Virus record (IMG/VR): IMGVR_UViG_3300028888_000047 | Span: 253,465-317,464 of that record | Reading direction: 5' to 3' (one strand) | Length of the DNA stretch: 64,000 nt | Source: a virus | Lineage: Duplodnaviria; Caudoviricetes | Shown here: positions 59,621 to 64,000 of the stretch, piece after piece | How positions within the stretch are numbered: position 1 is the stretch's first letter | How the letters are laid out: each line of letters starts with the position of its first letter | The notes under the pieces: generated by a model | Told to the model about the DNA's origin: nothing | Seen by the model: only the letters and a program-made list of their open reading frames with translations | Databases searched by the model: none | Position numbers and translations under genes: made by a program

Positions 59621-60141
59621 TATTTTAATATGTTTTTATGCCGTTTATTCTTACTATTTAACTTCGTTTGTACCTTATCCTCAATATATAGCCTTTCCTT
59701 CAATGCTTTCATAACGCCTGATGGGTTATTCCTTATGTCATATTCCCATATTCTCATAATTGGGATGCCATGCATTAATGCCCATTCATTTTTATGCTCG
59801 TCAACACGTTTATTTTTCTTCTGCATTGGAGATAACTTATTTTCATCAACAACCCTTGGGTCAGAGTGATAATATGAGCCATCAATCTCAAGCAATATCA
59901 TGCCGCCTTCTTTTGGAAAAATTGCAAAATCATAAAATCTTCCAATATCCTTTGCTTCAAACTGCCAAACATATTCTATACCAAGTTTATCCAAAAATTT
60001 CTCAGCAAAATCTTGTTCCAATTTCGACGTTCCAAACTTTGGATGCACCCGTTCAAGTTTACCATTTGGCTTTCTTAAACGGGTTTTTGTTTTTGGTTTT
60101 TTGCCATCTATTTTTTTACCTCTTTTAATTGGTTGTTTCAT
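59620..60141 (-). CDS. Vsr/DUF559-like PD-(D/E)XK endonuclease
   Basis: SKLEQDF, FYDF, LEIDGSYYH, DEHKNEWA and IMRIWE. Confidence 0.8.
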   Translation of the reverse strand: MKQPIKRGKKIDGKKPKTKTRLRKPNGKLERVHPKFGTSKLEQDFAEKFLDKLGIEYVWQFEAKDIGRFYDFAIFPKEGGMILLEIDGSYYHSDPRVVDENKLSPMQKKNKRVDEHKNEWALMHGIPIMRIWEYDIRNNPSGVMKALKERLYIEDKVQTKLNSKNKRHKNILK

Positions 60142-60961
60142 TCAACTTTTCGTTTGGCGCTAAAATATGTAATTTTTCAAAATGAAAATTCAAAATAGTT
60201 TTTCTTAATTCTGCTGATTCATAAGTAAACCCATCGCTGTCAGCATATTTGAACTCACAATTTGCAAAAACCATTTTATAAAGCAATTCGCCTGAATTGG
60301 TAATAATATCTACAATTATATCACCGGCATATCTATCTTTTTGAAGTTTTAAAGCAATTTTTGATAGAATATTGTAAGTTCCATCTTTGCTTTTCTCAGC
60401 AAAGTCATTCATGGTAACTGAAAGGTTTCCATTGTCTTGATAATAAAATGAAGAAACCCTCCATTCATCAATGTTAATCTTTTCCTTATTAAATCTAACA
60501 ATAAAATTAGACCTGCTTATCCATTGAGAATTTGAAATCTTTTCCTGAACATCAGCATATGTTGGCTTTTTATTGTATTCTTTTCTTTCAACAATTTCTT
60601 TTAACTCGTTTTCAGGTATAAATCCAACAGGAGTAGGCTTTTCAATATCGTCAAAGAAATTCTTTCTTATATCATATAACTTCTTATATTCACATCTTTT
60701 CTTTGCTGCTTGAATAAACTTATTACCATTTAATTTTTCCTCACTTATTGATGGGTCTTTAGTAAAACTATTAATTGGAGTTGCCAATTTCGGGTCAAAT
60801 AGGCTTATTAATTCTTGTTCAATATTATCCCTTTCCTTGATAATTGTGTTTAAAGAATCACCAGTATTACCATTTTTCTTCATCTGTTCGATTGTATTAT
60901 CATACATCTTTAAAGTATTATATTTTAAAGATATTTCATATAACATTTCTTTTTTGTCCAT
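60125..60961 (-). CDS. Divergent tail-tube (gp19-like) paralogue with an N-terminal extension
   Basis: The C-terminal ~125 aa align by eye with the 62723-63211 tube protein (see findings). Confidence 0.6.
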   Translation of the reverse strand: MDKKEMLYEISLKYNTLKMYDNTIEQMKKNGNTGDSLNTIIKERDNIEQELISLFDPKLATPINSFTKDPSISEEKLNGNKFIQAAKKRCEYKKLYDIRKNFFDDIEKPTPVGFIPENELKEIVERKEYNKKPTYADVQEKISNSQWISRSNFIVRFNKEKINIDEWRVSSFYYQDNGNLSVTMNDFAEKSKDGTYNILSKIALKLQKDRYAGDIIVDIITNSGELLYKMVFANCEFKYADSDGFTYESAELRKTILNFHFEKLHILAPNEKLNETTN

Positions 60962-60969
60962 AGGTATTA

Positions 60970-62427
60970 TTATTTTTGATTTTCTTGTAATTTTTGTTTT
61001 TCTTCTATAGTGTCCACGTTTTTATCTTTTTTATACTTGTCTTCAGTAACAATAACAGGATAAGCCTTCAATTTTTTGAATTTATTTATTATAAATACAT
61101 TTGTTAACCTTTCAGCCAAATACCCACCAATTCTATATTGATATTCAACGGTATTATTTGGATAACTTTTCTTTAAATATTTATCCTTATTATTTTCTAT
61201 CCTTTTTGTAATATCAGTTCCAACTATTTCAACATAATCATCCAAAACGCCTTTAATAAACTTTATATATTCCAAAAAGTTTTCACGTTTCATAATGAAC
61301 ATATTGTATGGAGCAAATAATTTGCTATTCATTACAATTTTAAACGCCCTTGTATATTCAGGGTATTTATCAGCCAAAATCCCACCAATTATATATAAGT
61401 CCTCAATATTATGGCATGATGCATATTGCGCTTTATTAGTTCTTCTAAAAACAATTGGCTTGGCAATCACGCAATCAACTGATTTAAATAATTCATCAAT
61501 ATCTGGAATATTATCCAAAAAATTAAAATATCTACGATAGTGACAAAATCCAACATAATCTTTTAGTTCAATGTTATCTGCTATATAAAAATAAGATAAT
61601 AATTCTGAATAAAAATCATCTTTTAAAACATATTTGCTGTTATTAAAGTCTCTCGTGTCAATTATTTTATATACTTCATTATTAACAACTTTCTTAAAAT
61701 CTTTGTGCGTGCAAATAAATATATCTATATCGTTTTTATTTTTTTCACATAAGTAAGAATATTTTTTCAGCCATTCTTCAACACTACGTTTTTTTGTTTT
61801 TGCTAACTTTATCCAACTACCAGCGCCATAATGTACAATGTATTTTTTTTCATCTATTTCTTTAGTTTTAAACCCTACACAGTCATAATAAAATGATGAA
61901 CCGGTATCATATTCATCTCCCTCTTCTGAAACTCCTACTATTCTTTTTTCATCAAAATATCTTATTCTATTTTTTTTAGCTTCTTTAACATTGATAAAAC
62001 ATATATGCGGAGAAACTCTTGTTTTCTTAGATAAACAATTTTTTTTAGTGTCGCCAACGTATATATAATTTTCATCATAAATTTCTGTTATATCAGTTTT
62101 AAGTAACACATCAGAATCAAGCAAAATAAAATTATCATTTATCAAATCAAAACATTTGTCAACACTACTTGCGTGTTTTATTGTCCCAAAATTACTTTCA
62201 GCACCAAAACTTGTATTTGCTTTACATTTTTCTAATAAATTATTGAAATTTATTATTTTTTCACTTGTGTTGTCAAAAACAGTTACATTTTCAAACTCAT
62301 TTACAAACGGTTCTTTATCCGAATTATCAAATACATATATATTCGTGCCAGGAGTATGCTTATTAACGCTTTTTATGCAAGCAGACGTAAGCTTTTGTGT
62401 GTTATAATTTACAATTAATATGTTCAT
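60970..62427 (-). CDS. Glycosyltransferase fusion: GT2-like + DUF4422
   Basis: ILIVNYN...VFDNSD...LLDSDV (GT-A DxD); IFICTHK...YSEL...YVGFCHYRRYF...YNMFIMK...RIGGYLAERL (DUF4422). Confidence 0.82.
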   Translation of the reverse strand: MNILIVNYNTQKLTSACIKSVNKHTPGTNIYVFDNSDKEPFVNEFENVTVFDNTSEKIINFNNLLEKCKANTSFGAESNFGTIKHASSVDKCFDLINDNFILLDSDVLLKTDITEIYDENYIYVGDTKKNCLSKKTRVSPHICFINVKEAKKNRIRYFDEKRIVGVSEEGDEYDTGSSFYYDCVGFKTKEIDEKKYIVHYGAGSWIKLAKTKKRSVEEWLKKYSYLCEKNKNDIDIFICTHKDFKKVVNNEVYKIIDTRDFNNSKYVLKDDFYSELLSYFYIADNIELKDYVGFCHYRRYFNFLDNIPDIDELFKSVDCVIAKPIVFRRTNKAQYASCHNIEDLYIIGGILADKYPEYTRAFKIVMNSKLFAPYNMFIMKRENFLEYIKFIKGVLDDYVEIVGTDITKRIENNKDKYLKKSYPNNTVEYQYRIGGYLAERLTNVFIINKFKKLKAYPVIVTEDKYKKDKNVDTIEEKQKLQENQK

Positions 62428-62469
62428 GTATATATTTTTTATAAAAAATAAACATTATTGCAAAAAAAT

Positions 62470-62499
62470 AAAGGAATAGATGAAAATCTCTATTCCTTT
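62470..62499 (-). terminator. Intrinsic terminator
   Basis: 11-bp stem AAAGGAATAGA/TCTATTCCTTT followed by a T-tract on the minus strand. Confidence 0.6.
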
Positions 62500-62624
62500 T
62501 TCAATGTATATTGATATACTCCGCATCCACAATCATATATCCTATATATTTCTCTTTCTAACATTATCTCATGCTCTGTTTTATCCTTATCATAGCCTCC
62601 CTTAACCAAAACATCTTTTCTAAA
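62490..62624 (-). pseudogene. C-terminal remnant of a Hef-like homing endonuclease
   Basis: FRKDVLVKGGYDKDKTEHEIMLEREIYRIYDCG matches the C-terminus of Hef-like phage endonucleases; no in-frame ATG between the promoter (62641-62652) and this segment. Confidence 0.68.
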
Positions 62625-62640
62625 AATAATTTTAATAATA

Positions 62641-62652
62641 CAAATATACAAA
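62641..62652 (-). promoter_or_regulatory. Bacteroidota sigma-A-type promoter, -7 element
   Basis: TTTGTATATTTG upstream of the endonuclease remnant. Confidence 0.65.
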
Positions 62653-62722
62653 GAATTAATTAAAAAAATAAAAAAACATATATTTATTAAAAAATAATTA
62701 ATTATTAAAAAATAATAAAGAC

Positions 62723-63211
62723 ATGTCAGATTTACTTTTGAAAATGCCACTTAACTACGAACCGTTAAGGAAAAATAGATGGCTATTTAGATTCCCGGCA
62801 GATTTGGGAATACAAGAATGGTGGTTATCTTCAGCTTCTCGTCCTTCAATCACGCAGGAAGAGACACAGATACCATTCTTAAACACATCAACTTGGGTTG
62901 TAGGTCGTTATACATGGGATACAATTCAGGTTACACTTCGTGACCCAATTGGTCCATCCGCATCACAAGCTGTTATGGAATGGGTTCGTTTACATTCTGA
63001 ATCAGTTACCGGAAGACAAGGCTATGCGGCAGGTTATAAGCGTGATGTTGAGCTTGAAATGCTTGACCCAACAGGTGTAGTTGTATCAAAATGGATTCTT
63101 AAAAACTGTATGCTTACAACCGTTAACTTTGGAGACCTTGATTACCAAAGCTCTGACCTTGCGACCATACAACTTACTTTGAGATTTGACTATGCAGTAT
63201 TGGCGTATTAA
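62723..63211 (+). CDS. Tail tube protein (T4 gp19-like)
   Basis: YEPLRKNRWLFRF, SASRPSI, GRYTWDTIQVTLRDPI, GYKRDVELEMLDPTGVVVSKW and FGDLDY; ATATTTATT upstream at 62680-62688. Confidence 0.9.
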   Translation: MSDLLLKMPLNYEPLRKNRWLFRFPADLGIQEWWLSSASRPSITQEETQIPFLNTSTWVVGRYTWDTIQVTLRDPIGPSASQAVMEWVRLHSESVTGRQGYAAGYKRDVELEMLDPTGVVVSKWILKNCMLTTVNFGDLDYQSSDLATIQLTLRFDYAVLAY

Positions 63212-63233
63212 TCTGAAAATCAACAAGTTACAA

Positions 63234-63264
63234 AAAAATGGCATACTTTTTGTGTGCCATTTTT
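63234..63264 (+). terminator. Intrinsic terminator after the tail tube gene
   Basis: AAAAATGGCATAC/GTGTGCCATTTTT hairpin followed by a T-tract. Confidence 0.75.
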
Positions 63265-63291
63265 GTTTTTAAAATATTTTTTGTATATTTG
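63262..63291 (+). promoter_or_regulatory. Bacteroidota sigma-A-type promoter (TTTG-N18-TATATTTG)
   Basis: Both elements are present. Confidence 0.78.
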
Positions 63292-63329
63292 CGTTATGAA
63301 AAGGGAAGAAATAATTGAGCAAGCTAAAT

Positions 63330-63707
63330 ATGATTAAACTTTTACTTTTAATGTTTTTTTGCCACCTAATTGATGACTTTGTACTACAGGATAAATTCAC
63401 ATATTTAAAACAAAAATCATGGTGGATTAACACATGCAAAAATGAAGGACTTTCAATTGAGAAATATGGGAAGGATTACATTATGGCGTTATTTGAACAC
63501 TCGCTTGAATGGTCAATTGCAATAATGCTACCGGCAATATTCTTATTAAACATCAATGAATTCCTTTTATTGGGTTGTGTAATAGCTAATACAGTTATTC
63601 ATTATATTGTAGATAACGCAAAAGCAAACCAATTGAGATTGAATTTAATACAAGACCAAATAATACACTTTTTACAAATAATAATAACGTGTATTATAAT
63701 AGCCTAA
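63330..63707 (+). CDS. DUF3307-family membrane protein
   Basis: HLIDDFVLQ...K.K, H, HYIVD..K and QDQIIH motifs with hydrophobic helices; start set at ATG 63330. Confidence 0.8.
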   Translation: MIKLLLLMFFCHLIDDFVLQDKFTYLKQKSWWINTCKNEGLSIEKYGKDYIMALFEHSLEWSIAIMLPAIFLLNINEFLLLGCVIANTVIHYIVDNAKANQLRLNLIQDQIIHFLQIIITCIIIA

Positions 63708-63904
63708 AAAAAGCAATAATATAGAAGTTGACCCAAATAACTACTAAAAATGAACAGCCAAACACGGTTGCTCATTTTCTTTTTTGTTAATAATGAATAA
63801 ATCCCATTGGCATATTCAATGTATGTCAATGGGATTTCGTAATTTTGCATCTGCCATCAAGTTTCCTCTCTGCGATGTTTACTATCACCGTGTGATATAA
63901 TAAC

Positions 63905-64000
63905 ATGGAAGCTGAAAGAAAGGGCAGAAAGGAGTTGTTGCCTATGAAAAAGAACTTTTTCAAAACAACCAAAGAATACATCTTGTATGTTAAATCTTTG
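63905..64000 (+). CDS. Start of an unidentified ORF, truncated by the window edge
   Basis: In-frame ATGs at 63905 and 63944 (MEAERKGRKELLP-MKKNFFKTTKEYILYVKSL); GAAAGGAG precedes the second ATG. Confidence 0.4.
   Translation, partial: MEAERKGRKELLPMKKNFFKTTKEYILYVKSL

Noticed and set aside
525-62407. Many 60-150 aa ORFs antisense to or nested in long genes (e.g. 21629-22057, 40336-40578, 51196-51648, 53287-53682)
   Set aside because: These are shadow ORFs from codon bias of the real genes; they lack promoters and recognisable motifs.
62625-62750. Hydrophobic N-terminal half of the 86-aa ORF 62490-62750 as a membrane protein or holin
   Set aside because: It is translated AT-rich promoter DNA overlapping the tube gene start; only the C-terminal part looks protein-derived.
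1-64000. Stop-codon reassignment (TAG or TGA recoding as in Lak and some crAss-like phages)
   Set aside because: The standard code gives near-complete coding density with uninterrupted ORFs up to 2197 aa, and TAG/TGA ends fall at sensible gene boundaries.
1-64000. CRISPR array, tRNA/rRNA genes, diversity-generating retroelement
   Set aside because: No spaced direct repeats, cloverleaf-like sequence or reverse transcriptase seen; intergenic gaps are short. tRNAscan was not run.

Overview
A 64-kb segment of a large, very AT-rich T4-like (myovirus, probably jumbo) phage, read in the standard genetic code. The host is most likely an anaerobic Bacteroidota (Prevotella/Bacteroides-like). Support: seven copies of the TAnnTTTG host promoter, A-rich starts without Shine-Dalgarno sites, BACON-like tail proteins, a Bacteroidales-type amidase and a class III ribonucleotide reductase. 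Layout: (1) 1-23.4 kb: amidase, Ig/BACON fibre genes, large baseplate/tail proteins, gp6, gp25. (2) 23.4-32.5 kb: nrdG-trx-nrdD, DnaB/gp41 helicase, RNase H-like 5'-3' exonuclease, small early genes, neck protein. (3) 32.5-36.8 kb: an inverted four-gene cassette. (4) 36.9-42 kb: UvsX/RecA, thymidine kinase, gp32 SSB and hypotheticals. (5) 42-58 kb: hub with two lysins, gp53-like protein, tube initiator, tape measure, tail chaperone. (6) 58-64 kb: zincin, Vsr-like nuclease, tube paralogue, glycosyltransferase, tail tube, DUF3307. The best candidate for an undescribed system is the 32.5-36.8 kb cassette. It encodes an AEP/primase-like enzyme, an unknown protein, an ArdC-N-like protein and a PARP-like ADP-ribosyltransferase. 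Three of them carry prohead-protease-type [IL]xE leaders, and two share a C-terminal acidic-F-[DN]-W-G tag, which suggests a capsid-packaged, injected effector set. The second candidate is a pair of degenerate copies of structural proteins (a stand-alone major-capsid fragment under an early promoter beside a SLOG gene, and a tail-tube paralogue) that may be immune decoys. All family assignments come from motif recognition by eye; no database search was run.
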